Positions 43,723-53,137 of a stretch of 64,000 bases of DNA are shown here, in pieces. The stretch lies in assembly GCA_963843575.1 (NCBI GenBank), contig CAWJKZ010000013.1:448001-512000 (forward strand), read 5' to 3'. Source of the DNA: an uncultured Acidobacteriota bacterium (GTDB lineage Bacteria; Acidobacteriota; UBA6911). The translations under genes were made by a program, and so were the position numbers. The notes beneath the pieces were generated by a model. The model ran no database searches, was not told where the DNA came from, and saw nothing but the letters and a program-made list of their open reading frames with translations. Within the stretch, counting starts at the first letter, position 1; each line of letters begins with the position of its first letter.

Positions 43723-43741
43723 CGGGATTATTGCCCTGGGA

Positions 43742-44185
43742 TCAGATCTGTCGGCCGCAATCGCCGCAGTATTTTTTGCCTGAGATCACTTCCGACCCGC
43801 AAGCCGGACACTTTACGGTCGCCGTTGCGCGGACGGCGCCCGAGGGGTGAAGCCCGCTCCTGCGCGCCGCCACCTGCTTCTCGATGGTTTCGTCGAGGTC
43901 CTTGTCGACCCCGAGCTGGTCGAGCTTCTGCAGGATCCCGGCCGCTTCCTGTTTGTACCCTGTTTCGAGGCGGCGGAAATCCGCGTCCCCGAGCCTTCCC
44001 ATCTTGTACTCGAATTCGAGGTCCTTGAGGTTGCCGTAGACCACGGCCTTGCGGTTCAGGAGTCGGTCCAGCTCGGTTTCAGCCAGAAGCTCCACCGCGA
44101 GGTTGCCCTTCGGCTCCCGGAACAACGGAGCCACCACGTAGACTCCCGCGAGGACCGCGACGGCGGTGCATGCGAAGATGAGCAT
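43742..44185 (-). CDS. CcmI-N-like membrane protein with C-terminal zinc ribbon
   Basis: N-terminal TM segment; LKDLEFEYKMGRL; CPACG...YCGDCG. Confidence 0.75.
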   Translation of the reverse strand: MLIFACTAVAVLAGVYVVAPLFREPKGNLAVELLAETELDRLLNRKAVVYGNLKDLEFEYKMGRLGDADFRRLETGYKQEAAGILQKLDQLGVDKDLDETIEKQVAARRSGLHPSGAVRATATVKCPACGSEVISGKKYCGDCGRQI

Positions 44186-44658
44186 CAGCTCTCCTGTTCA
44201 AAGTCGCGAAGTTCTTTTTCGATCCTCGGGTCAAGGTCCAGGGCCGCCGGGGACTGGGCAGGTTCCGGGCGCGGCCGGGCCATACGGACGACGATCCAGG
44301 TAACGACCGCCGCCCCGAGGCAGAGCGCGAGGAAGGGCATAATCCACGCGGTAAGGTCGAAACCCTTCATTGTCGGGGCGGACAGCACCTTCTTACCCAT
44401 CCTGTCGACGAAGCTCTGCACGATCACGTCGACGGACTCCCCGTTTTGCAGGCGTTCCCGGATCTCGGCGCGCATGGGCGTGGCCGAGCTGCAGTTCTGC
44501 ATGGCGCAGACGCTGAGCTGCTCGTTGCACCCGCACTGGCACACGAGACGGTCGCACGCGTCCTTGTAGTCTTTGCTGATATCCTTCTGGGCGGCGCGGA
44601 GTGCCGGCGGGGCTGCGAGCGCCACCGCCAGCAGCCAAAAGGCCAGCTTCGTGTTCAT
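44185..44658 (-). CDS. ccmH: CcmH/CcmL-like cytochrome c biogenesis protein
   Basis: LVCQCGC..LSVC...NC, MRAEIRERLQNG, VLSAP and AWIMP plus a TM segment. Confidence 0.8.
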   Translation of the reverse strand: MNTKLAFWLLAVALAAPPALRAAQKDISKDYKDACDRLVCQCGCNEQLSVCAMQNCSSATPMRAEIRERLQNGESVDVIVQSFVDRMGKKVLSAPTMKGFDLTAWIMPFLALCLGAAVVTWIVVRMARPRPEPAQSPAALDLDPRIEKELRDFEQES

Positions 44659-46709
44659 GGTGCCGCCTCGGCTTTCTGGATCGATCTGGTCGAATCTTCC
44701 AGGGAGGCGGCCTCGCCCATCGTGAGCGCGGCGGCGAACCCGGCGCGGCGATCGGGCAGCAGCGTTATCAGGGTGCCGAGAAACATCAGTCCGGCCCCGG
44801 CCCAAACCCACCAGACGAGCGGGTTGACGTGGGCGGTGACCTCGTATCGCTGCCCGTCGTTGGACATCCCGGCAAAGATCACGTAGAGGTCCTCGCGCGG
44901 TGTGCTGTACAGGGCCACTTCGGTGGAGGACTGCCCCTCGCCCGTCGTGTACATCCGTTTCTCGGGGTGCATCGTGCGCACGTGCTTGCCGTTTTTCGAC
45001 GCCTCCAGCGTGACCGTGCCGTACTGGTAGTTGGCGTTCTGCCCCTCACGGTAGTCGGTCATCTTCAGCGCGTAGGAGCCGATCCTCAGCTCGTCCCCCC
45101 GGACCATCTGCATGCTCGCCTCGCGGTTGAACGCGTTCCCGGTCAGGCCGATGAAGATCAGCACGATCGCGAAATGGACGATGTAACCGCCGTAGCGCCG
45201 TTTGTTCCTCAGGGTGAGGTTGACCAGGGCGCGGGCGAAGCTCTCGCCGCTGTTCCTGGCGCGGACGCGGGCCCCCGAGTAAAACTCCTGCACGATCGTC
45301 CCGGTGACGAACATGCACAGCGTGAACGACACGAGGGCGTACGGGTTGCGCATCCCGGCGGCGAGCAAGAGGATGCACAGGGAAAGCGCGAGCAGGGCGG
45401 GCCCCGTGAACGCCTTCCTCAGGCTGTCCAAGGAAGTCTTGCGCCAGGCGAACAGCGGGCCGACGCCCGTGAGAAACAGCAGGAACATGCCGATCGGTAT
45501 GTTTACGCTGTTGAAGAAGGGGGGGCCGACCGTGATCTTGTTCCCCTGCACCGCCTCCGAGAGCACCGGGAACATCGTGCCCCACAGCACGGCGAAGCAG
45601 GCCACCAGCAGGATCAGGTTGTTGAACAGGAAGGCGCTTTCGCGCGAGAGCACGGAGTCGAGCGGCCGCTCGCTCTTGAGGTACGGCAGGCGGTCGATGA
45701 TCAGGTAAAGGCTCGCCGCCAGGACCACCAGCATGTAGATCAGGAAGAACTCGCCGAGGGACGAATCCGCGAATGCATGCACGGAATTGACGACGCCGCT
45801 GCGGGTGATAAAGGTGCCGAAAACCCCGAGCAGATAGGTGAGGACGACCAGCAGGACGTTCCACACCTTCAGCATCCCCTTGCGCTCCTGGACGATGACC
45901 GAGTGAAGGAACGCGGTCCCGGTCAGCCACGGCATCAGGGAGGAGTTCTCGACCGGGTCCCAGCCCCAGTAGCCGCCCCACCCCAGCTCCACGTAGGCCC
46001 ATTTGCCGCCGAGGATCAGCCCGGTGCCGAGGAACAGCCAGGCGATCAGGGTCCAGCGCCGCGTGGTGCGGATCCACGTGTCGCCGAGCTGTTTCGTGAT
46101 CAGCGCGGCCATGGCGAACGAGAACGGCACCACGAAGCCGATGAACCCGAGATACAGGATGGGCGGGTGGATGACCATCGCCCAGTATTGCAGCAGGGGG
46201 TTCAAGCCGCGGCCGTCCTGGGGGGCGAATGCCAGCAGGGAACCGTCGGCCTGCACCTGGACGAGCCGGTTGAAGGGATTCGAGAGGAAGAGGTTCAAGC
46301 CGATGAAGAAGGCGAGGTTAACCATGAGGACCGCGACCACGTAAGGCATCATGTCGCGGTACCGGTACCGGTTCTGGTAGATGACGACCCCGCTGAAGAC
46401 GGAAGTCATGAACACCCACAGCAGCATCGATCCGTCGTGGGCTCCCCAGAGCGCGGCGATCTTGTAATAGTACGGCAGAGCGCGGTTGGTGGAATTCGCG
46501 ACGTGGGTGACGGAAAAATCGCTCGTCACCAGGAGGTAGACGAGGCTCAGGGTCGAGGCGAAGATCGCGACGCACGCCGCCAGCGCGGCCCGCTCCGCGC
46601 TGCGGACGATCCGGTGCTGCTTCTGCGTCGCGCCGACGAGTGCCGCAAATACCGCGTACCCGGACAGGCACAGCGCCAGCAGCAGGCAAAAATTACCAAA
46701 GTTACTCAT
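44655..46709 (-). CDS. ccmF: Heme lyase CcmF
   Basis: GLNPLLQ, IHPP, WAYVELGWGGYWGWDPVEN, SVHAF and SRESAFL. Confidence 0.96.
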   Translation of the reverse strand: MSNFGNFCLLLALCLSGYAVFAALVGATQKQHRIVRSAERAALAACVAIFASTLSLVYLLVTSDFSVTHVANSTNRALPYYYKIAALWGAHDGSMLLWVFMTSVFSGVVIYQNRYRYRDMMPYVVAVLMVNLAFFIGLNLFLSNPFNRLVQVQADGSLLAFAPQDGRGLNPLLQYWAMVIHPPILYLGFIGFVVPFSFAMAALITKQLGDTWIRTTRRWTLIAWLFLGTGLILGGKWAYVELGWGGYWGWDPVENSSLMPWLTGTAFLHSVIVQERKGMLKVWNVLLVVLTYLLGVFGTFITRSGVVNSVHAFADSSLGEFFLIYMLVVLAASLYLIIDRLPYLKSERPLDSVLSRESAFLFNNLILLVACFAVLWGTMFPVLSEAVQGNKITVGPPFFNSVNIPIGMFLLFLTGVGPLFAWRKTSLDSLRKAFTGPALLALSLCILLLAAGMRNPYALVSFTLCMFVTGTIVQEFYSGARVRARNSGESFARALVNLTLRNKRRYGGYIVHFAIVLIFIGLTGNAFNREASMQMVRGDELRIGSYALKMTDYREGQNANYQYGTVTLEASKNGKHVRTMHPEKRMYTTGEGQSSTEVALYSTPREDLYVIFAGMSNDGQRYEVTAHVNPLVWWVWAGAGLMFLGTLITLLPDRRAGFAAALTMGEAASLEDSTRSIQKAEAAP

Positions 46710-46835
46710 GCACAACTCTCTTCGGGGGCCTGAGTGGATTTCCGAGGCTTGCCGGGCCGAACCGGACCGCGCAAAAGACAGCGGCAGAACATCGGGACGG
46801 GAGCGGGGGCGGAGCGGGGACGGGGATCTGCCGCA

Positions 46836-47243
46836 TTACGTCCCTCGTTTTTCGTACTCCGCTTCGTATTTCGACGCGCACTTGGCTTCGATGTGCCTGG
46901 CCACGAGCACCCCGTCTTCCGCGATGCTCCCCTCGACCACGGCTTTGCACCCATCCTTGAACGTGTCGGGTATGACGTCTTTGCCGACGTAGCGCACCTT
47001 GAGGTTCTTGCCGTTCTGGGAAATGACGAACTCGAGCTGGGGCTTCGTCCGGTCTATCGAACCGTCCCTCACGTCCCCGGCGACCTTTAGGGTCTTGCCG
47101 TGAAAATCACCCTTCATGGCGCTGTACTCTTCGACGGTTATGTAGTACGACTTGCTTTCCTGGAAGCCCACGAACCCGAGCCAACCGAGGGCGGCCACCA
47201 TCACAGCCGCGCCTATCATGACTTTCACTCTTGCTCCGCCCAT
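46836..47243 (-). CDS. ccmE: Heme chaperone CcmE, CxxxY type
   Basis: N-terminal TM segment; PDTFKDG..VVEG; AKCASKY in place of KHDENY. Confidence 0.92.
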   Translation of the reverse strand: MGGARVKVMIGAAVMVAALGWLGFVGFQESKSYYITVEEYSAMKGDFHGKTLKVAGDVRDGSIDRTKPQLEFVISQNGKNLKVRYVGKDVIPDTFKDGCKAVVEGSIAEDGVLVARHIEAKCASKYEAEYEKRGT

Positions 47244-47334
47244 ATCCCTCTCCCCGGCTGAAACCGGCACCCCTTGGCCCGCGCTACCGGGCGGGAGCCT
47301 GTGCTACAGCCCTCCCACTGACTATGAGTATAAC

Positions 47335-47363
47335 ATTCTAGCGGGTCGCGTCCCGGGCATCAA
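47335..47363 (-). promoter_or_regulatory. sigma70 promoter of the ccm operon
   Basis: TTGATG, 17 nt, TAGAAT on the minus strand. Confidence 0.6.
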
Positions 47364-47423
47364 GGACATGGAGCGCGGCGGCTCGACCCCGCCCGCTCAC
47401 CCCGGATTCCGTCAAAACGGAGG

Positions 47424-47450
47424 TCAAGTTTTTTCGGCATATTCCGAAAT
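47424..47450 (+). promoter_or_regulatory. sigma28 (FliA)-like promoter upstream of DGC1
   Basis: TCAAGTTT-N11-TCCGAAAT versus consensus TAAAGTTT-N11-GCCGATAA. Confidence 0.45.
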
Positions 47451-47624
47451 GACTATAGGATGCAGTTCAAATGGACACGGCAAACCGGAAACTAATATTT
47501 TGGTGACGGCGAATAAGCTTTCCTCTTCCCGGCCTGCTGCGCCCCGGACGACTCTGGATTACTGTTTCGCGCGCAAAGTGCGGTAGAATCAGCCACCTTG
47601 GCCGAACCAAATAACGGTACCGGG

Positions 47625-50585
47625 ATGGAGTCTCAGGAAAGGCCCAAAAGCCGGCTTACGGAGGAGCTGGAATTTCTCCGTCGGCAGATTTCGGAGCTGC
47701 AGAAGCTCGTGATCGAGCCTGTGCTGTCGCAGCCGGCGCCTGTTCCGCTCTCGCTGGCTCCCGCGGCCGCCGGCGCCCGGGATGCCTTTACGATTGTCCA
47801 GGGGAAGCTCGGTTTCGTGCCGCCGTTCCTCCTCCCTGCCCTGCAAATACCGCCGTTGCTCGAGATGTTGTCGCGGCAGATGCTGTCCGAATACCTGGAC
47901 AATCCGATACCCGATCTAGCGAAGGAGAAGCTGTTCGCGCGACTGTCACGCGGCTGCCCGGTGGTCTATGCCACGGTATCGCACAGCTGCATCCTGAAGC
48001 ACCTCGGGATGAGCGCCACCTCCATCGTCGAATGGCTGGAGCGGCCGCTTCCCGCGCCGGAGCCCGACCTCGCCGGATTCTCCGATTTGTTTGCGTCGAC
48101 GCCCTGCCCGGTACCGGAGTGGCCCGAGAGCGGGTCTGAGCTCGAAGAGGCGATCCTGCGCTCGGCGCTGGCGATATTCCTGGAACTCGACGGCGTCGAG
48201 CGTTGCCGGATCGAATTGAGGGATGTGCTGGGACCGCTCAACTACGGGCGTTTGCTGCTGTTACTGAGCTATATCCGCTCGCACCTCGCGTGGCTGCAGG
48301 CCTATCCCCAGCTCCCCTATGAAAGCGACGGCCACATCCGTTCGCACCTCACCTCGCTCCTCGCGGACGAACCGCGCCTGGGAGCGATCTGGAGGTCGGC
48401 TGAAGCCGTCCCGACCCACGCCGACGTCGGCGCCGTAACCGGTCCGCGCGCGGCGCTCCGCGATTTCCTGGATTTTCTGCCGCTGGGCGCCGCGCTGGTC
48501 GACCGGGAGTACCGCTTGGTGCACTCCAACGAGGCGTTGCGCGCGCTCCTGGGAGACGCTGTCCCGGCGCCCGGCACCCTCCTGGAAATCCCGCACCCCG
48601 ACGACATCCGGCGCTGGACCGCTGCGGTGCAGCTGGCGCTCTCGGGCACGACTCCGCCGGAGGCGGAAGGGCGCATCCGGAAGGCAACCGGCGAGCAGGT
48701 GCGCGTCAAGCTCGCCGCCGCCCCCTTGGGCGAAGCGGACGCCGATCCCTGCTGCCTGGCGCTGTTCGTGGACGTGTCGTCGCAGCTCAGGGAACAGGAG
48801 CGGCTGCTGAAGGGGAAGCGGATCGTCGAGCGCCTTCTGGCCGGCAGCCGGGACGGGGTCTTTGGCTTCGACGCCGACGGGCTTCTCTGTGCCTGGAACC
48901 CGACCATGGAAGCCTGGTTCAGCGTGCCGGAGGCCGAGGCGCTCGGGAAACGTGCGATCGACGCCGTGCCCTTCGTGGGAAGGGCCGGCGGCGATCGGTC
49001 CGTCTCACAGGCCCTCCGCGGCGAGGACATCGTGTTTCGACAGGCGCATAGGGTAGTGCCGAACGGGCCCGAGCTGTACCTGGAGGTGCGGCTGGGCCCC
49101 GTGCGCGGCGAGGACGGCGAAATCCTAGGCGGTTTCGGGGTGATCCGCGACGTCACCGAGCTCAAGGAGGCGACCGACGCGCGCAAGACCACCGACGAGC
49201 GTTTCCGCGAGCTGTTCGACAGTGCCCACGACATGATGTACACGCTGGACCTGCAGGGGAACCTGACCTCGATCAACCAGGCTGGTGAAAGAATAACGGG
49301 CTACTCGCGTGCCGAAGCGCTCCGCCTGAAGTTCACCGACCTCGTGGCGCCCGAATGCCTGGACGTCGCCCGCCAGATGCTCGATCGGCAGGTGGCCGGA
49401 GAGACGCCGCCAACGTACGAACTGGAAATCGTGGCCCGCAACGCCGGCCGCGTCGCGCTGGAGATCAGCAGCCGTCCGATTTTCCGCGAGGGGAAGCTGG
49501 TGTCGATCCAGGGGATCGTGCGCGACGTGACCGAGCGCAAGAGGACCGAGGAGGAATTGCAGCAGGCCAATCAGAAGCTGGAAGCCTGGGTGAGCGAGCT
49601 GCAGCAGCGTACGCGCGAGATGACCCTGCTGAGCGAGATGGGCGACATGCTGCGCGCCTGTCTGACGACGGAAGAGGCGTACACGGTCATCGTGCGGGTC
49701 GCGCAACAGATATTCCCGGTGCAGGTAGGCGCGCTTTACGTGATCACGTCTTCGCGCAACCTCGTCGAAGCCGTGGCGCTCTGGGGCGAGGCCTCCCTGA
49801 CGGAGCGTGTCTTTGCTCCAGACGACTGCTGGGCCCTGCGCCGGGGCCGCGTGCACTGGGTCGAAAACGCCAAGATGGGGTTGCTGTGCAGACACCTGCG
49901 CCACCCGGCGCCGCGCGGGTATCTTTGCGTCCCCATGATGGCGCAGAGCGAAGCTCTCGGCGTGCTGCACCTCACGGAACCCGATGGTAACCCCATCACC
50001 GAAGCCAAGCAGCGTCTCGCCGTCACGATGGCCGAACACATTGCCATGGCATTGTCGAACCTCAAGCTCCACGAGACGCTGCGCAGCCAGTCCATCCGGG
50101 ACCCGGTCACTGGACTGTTCAACCGGCACTTCATGGAAGAATCGCTGGAGCTCGAGCTGCGCCGCGCCGCCCGCAGCCAGCGGCCGCTTGGCCTGATCAT
50201 GCTGGAGATCGACAACTTCAAGGCACTCAGCATCGGGGTGGGAAGGGAGGCCGGCGACGCTGTCATCCGCGAAACCGGCAACCTGATCCAGAGCGTGGTG
50301 CGCAAAGAGGACGTCGCCTGCCGTTTCTCGGGCGAGAAGTTCGTGGTCCTGCTGCCGCAAGGCAGCGTCGACGTCGCCCAGCAGCGCGCGCAGAGTTTCC
50401 GCGAGATGTTGAAAGTCCTGGAAATCAAACACCGCAACCAGCCGGTGGGTCCTTTAACCGCCTCGCTCGGAATCGCGGTCTTCCCGGACAACGGTCGCAC
50501 CGTCGACCTGCTGCTGCGCGCCACCGAGGGGGCGCTACACCGCGCCCGAGAGGATGGGGGAGACCGCGTCGTAGTCGCCCGCTAG
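47625..50585 (+). CDS. AhpD-like sensor, three PAS, GAF and degenerate GGDEF protein (DGC1)
   Basis: PAS motifs (WNPTME, INQAGERITGY, RDVTERK); GAF; GGDEF domain with RFSGEKF, MLEIDNFK and an intact RKED I-site; could start at TTG 47598. Confidence 0.88.
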   Translation: MESQERPKSRLTEELEFLRRQISELQKLVIEPVLSQPAPVPLSLAPAAAGARDAFTIVQGKLGFVPPFLLPALQIPPLLEMLSRQMLSEYLDNPIPDLAKEKLFARLSRGCPVVYATVSHSCILKHLGMSATSIVEWLERPLPAPEPDLAGFSDLFASTPCPVPEWPESGSELEEAILRSALAIFLELDGVERCRIELRDVLGPLNYGRLLLLLSYIRSHLAWLQAYPQLPYESDGHIRSHLTSLLADEPRLGAIWRSAEAVPTHADVGAVTGPRAALRDFLDFLPLGAALVDREYRLVHSNEALRALLGDAVPAPGTLLEIPHPDDIRRWTAAVQLALSGTTPPEAEGRIRKATGEQVRVKLAAAPLGEADADPCCLALFVDVSSQLREQERLLKGKRIVERLLAGSRDGVFGFDADGLLCAWNPTMEAWFSVPEAEALGKRAIDAVPFVGRAGGDRSVSQALRGEDIVFRQAHRVVPNGPELYLEVRLGPVRGEDGEILGGFGVIRDVTELKEATDARKTTDERFRELFDSAHDMMYTLDLQGNLTSINQAGERITGYSRAEALRLKFTDLVAPECLDVARQMLDRQVAGETPPTYELEIVARNAGRVALEISSRPIFREGKLVSIQGIVRDVTERKRTEEELQQANQKLEAWVSELQQRTREMTLLSEMGDMLRACLTTEEAYTVIVRVAQQIFPVQVGALYVITSSRNLVEAVALWGEASLTERVFAPDDCWALRRGRVHWVENAKMGLLCRHLRHPAPRGYLCVPMMAQSEALGVLHLTEPDGNPITEAKQRLAVTMAEHIAMALSNLKLHETLRSQSIRDPVTGLFNRHFMEESLELELRRAARSQRPLGLIMLEIDNFKALSIGVGREAGDAVIRETGNLIQSVVRKEDVACRFSGEKFVVLLPQGSVDVAQQRAQSFREMLKVLEIKHRNQPVGPLTASLGIAVFPDNGRTVDLLLRATEGALHRAREDGGDRVVVAR

Positions 50586-50708
50586 CCCGGAATCCAGGCG
50601 GATGCGAAGTGCGGCGTCCGTTCGTGAACCGGGCGCCGAGGCCTTCCGTGTCCTCCAGTGTCTTCCGTGGCAAGTTTTGGTTTTTCGGCGCTCCCGTTTC
50701 GGAAGGAA

Positions 50709-50738
50709 TTGACTTATACCCGGTGGTCTTTCTATACT
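50709..50738 (+). promoter_or_regulatory. sigma70 promoter of DGC2
   Basis: TTGACT, 18 nt, TATACT. Confidence 0.55.
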
Positions 50739-50851
50739 CGGGTGACTGTCAAGGCTTGCGCTGTTTGTGTGTCTAAAGTCCTTCTGTTTCTTTGCTTTCT
50801 TCTTGACTTATAGCTCGCTTTGTCGCCGCAAGCTGCAGCCCGGAAGGGCAG

Positions 50852-53107
50852 GTGAGTTTGAGGCCGGTTCCGAAGACTAAGAAGCCCGCGGACCAGCTCC
50901 AGAGCAGGAACCGTATCAGCGAGGAATTGGCGTCTCTGCGGCAGCGTATCGCCGATCTCGAGCTCCTCGATTCGGAGCTCGGCCAGGCTGAAGAGGTTCT
51001 CAGGTCTCAGGGAGAGGGATCCGCGGGGCAGCGCCCCGTAGAGCAGATCTGCGCCGAGATCCAGGAGACGCTCGGGTACCTGCCGGCTTTTCTGACCCCG
51101 GCCTACGACGCCCCGGCAGTGCTCGAAAACCTGTGGTCGCAGACGCGCCTTGTCTTCTCGGAGGGGGGCGTCCCCGAAATCCTGCGCGAGAAGCTTTTCG
51201 CGCAGTTGGCACGCTACTGCACCTCGCCTTATGCGATCGTCACGGCCGCCTGCCGGTTGCGCAGGCTTGCGATGCCTGCGTCCCAAATCCTGGCGCTGCT
51301 GACCCAGACCGTCCCCGAGGCCGTTCCCGATGAGGCAGAACGCGCGGTGGCGTTGCCCCGGCTGGACCCGGCCTGGCCGGACGCGGATTCGGCTGCGGAG
51401 GCCGCCCTCTTGGGCTGCTGCGCCGCGCTCTACGTAACCCCTGCCCGGCGGCTCCCCTGCGCCACCGAGATGCGGCGGTTTTTAAGCCCGGCGGCCTTCG
51501 AATACCTGATCGGTCTGGTCTCGAGCATTCGCGCCCTGCACCTCTGGCTGGAAGCCCATCCGGAGATATCCTACGACGCGGATCCCCTGGTGCGGGACAG
51601 CCTGCTGGGGCTTTTGCGCGAGGAGCCGCGCTTTGGCGAGCTCTTCCGGGACTACTACGAGGAATATGGCCACGACCGCAAGAGGCTGCAGGCCGAAAGA
51701 GCCCTCCAGGCGAGCGAGGAGCGCTACCGCGACCTGTTCGAGAACGCCATCGACATCGTCTACACCCACGACCTCGAGGGAAACCTGACGTCCGTCAACA
51801 AGGCCGCGGAGCGGATCACGGGGTACGGGCGCGCGGAAGCCCTCCGGATGAAGCTGGGCGACTTCGTGGCGCCGGAGTACGCCGAGGTCGCGCGCCGCAT
51901 GATAGACCGTCAAGCCGCCGGGGAGAACAAGGGGACTTACGAGCTCGAAATCCTGGCGAAGGACGGCCACATAGTTGCGCTCGACATCAGCACGCGCCTG
52001 ATATTCCGTGAGGGCAGACCGGTCGCCGTCCAGGGTATCGCCCGCGACGTCACCGAGCGCAAACGCACCGAGGCGGCCCTCCAGAGTGCCAACCAGAAGC
52101 TCGAGGCCTGGGTGAGCGAGCTCGAGCAACGCACCCGCGAAATGACGCTGCTCAACGAAATGGGCGACATGCTCCGCGCCTGCCTTACCACGGAAGAGGC
52201 ATACACGGTCATCGTGCGGGTCGCACAGCAGGTTTTCCCGGTGCAGATGGGGGCGCTGTACGTCATCACCCCGTCGCGCAATCTCGTCGAGTCCGTGGCG
52301 CTGTGGGGGAACACCGAACTGGCGGAGCGGATCTTCGCTCCGGACGAATGCTGGGCGCTGCGGCGCGGCCGCACCCACTGGGTGGAGAACGTCAAGGTCG
52401 GGCTGCTCTGCAAGCACCTGCACCAGCCGGTACCGGAGGGCTACCTCTGTGTCCCGATGATGGCGCAGAGCGAGGCACTGGGCGTGCTGCACCTGACGCA
52501 GAAGCCCGACGCCCCCATGACCGAGGCCAAGCAGCGCCTGGCGATCACGATGGCCGAGCACATCGCGATGGCGCTGTCGGTTCTGAAGCTGCACGAGACA
52601 CTGCGCAGCCAGTCGATCCGCGATCCCCTCACCGGCCTTTTCAATCGGCGCTTCATGGAGGAGTCGCTGGAACTGGAACTGAGGCGCGCCGGGCGCAATC
52701 AGCGCCCGTTGGGCGTGATCATGGTGGACCTCGACCAGTTCAAGTACTTCAACGACACTTATGGGCACGAAGCAGGCGACACCCTGCTGCGCGAGCTCGG
52801 GACCCTGCTTCAGAGCAACATCCGCGGGGAGGACATCGCCTGCCGCTACGGCGGCGAGGAGTTCACCCTGATCCTGCCCGAGGGGAACGCCGAAATCGTG
52901 CAACAGCGCGCGAACGCCCTGCGCGAGGCCATCAAGCACCTCGACGTCGAACACCGGAACCAGCCGATCGGGCGCGTCACGGCCTCCATGGGCGTCGCGC
53001 TATTCCCGGAGCACGGGCGTACGGGCCAGGCGCTTCTGCAGGCTGCCGACGCCGCGCTCTATCGCAGCAAGGACTTGGGCCGGGACCGAGTCACCCTCGC
53101 CAAGTAA
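50852..53107 (+). CDS. AhpD-like sensor, PAS, GAF diguanylate cyclase (DGC2)
   Basis: DPLTGLFNRR, DLDQFKYFNDTYGH..GD, RGED I-site and RYGGEEF active site. Confidence 0.92.
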   Translation: MSLRPVPKTKKPADQLQSRNRISEELASLRQRIADLELLDSELGQAEEVLRSQGEGSAGQRPVEQICAEIQETLGYLPAFLTPAYDAPAVLENLWSQTRLVFSEGGVPEILREKLFAQLARYCTSPYAIVTAACRLRRLAMPASQILALLTQTVPEAVPDEAERAVALPRLDPAWPDADSAAEAALLGCCAALYVTPARRLPCATEMRRFLSPAAFEYLIGLVSSIRALHLWLEAHPEISYDADPLVRDSLLGLLREEPRFGELFRDYYEEYGHDRKRLQAERALQASEERYRDLFENAIDIVYTHDLEGNLTSVNKAAERITGYGRAEALRMKLGDFVAPEYAEVARRMIDRQAAGENKGTYELEILAKDGHIVALDISTRLIFREGRPVAVQGIARDVTERKRTEAALQSANQKLEAWVSELEQRTREMTLLNEMGDMLRACLTTEEAYTVIVRVAQQVFPVQMGALYVITPSRNLVESVALWGNTELAERIFAPDECWALRRGRTHWVENVKVGLLCKHLHQPVPEGYLCVPMMAQSEALGVLHLTQKPDAPMTEAKQRLAITMAEHIAMALSVLKLHETLRSQSIRDPLTGLFNRRFMEESLELELRRAGRNQRPLGVIMVDLDQFKYFNDTYGHEAGDTLLRELGTLLQSNIRGEDIACRYGGEEFTLILPEGNAEIVQQRANALREAIKHLDVEHRNQPIGRVTASMGVALFPEHGRTGQALLQAADAALYRSKDLGRDRVTLAK

Positions 53108-53137
53108 CTCCCCCCGGCCTCCGCCCGGGCCGCGGTG

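Noticed and set aside
47474-47520. c-di-GMP-I riboswitch-like GGCAAACC...GGTGACG upstream of DGC1
   Set aside because: The internal stem does not pair well, the GCAAAG continuation is missing, and there is no second hairpin
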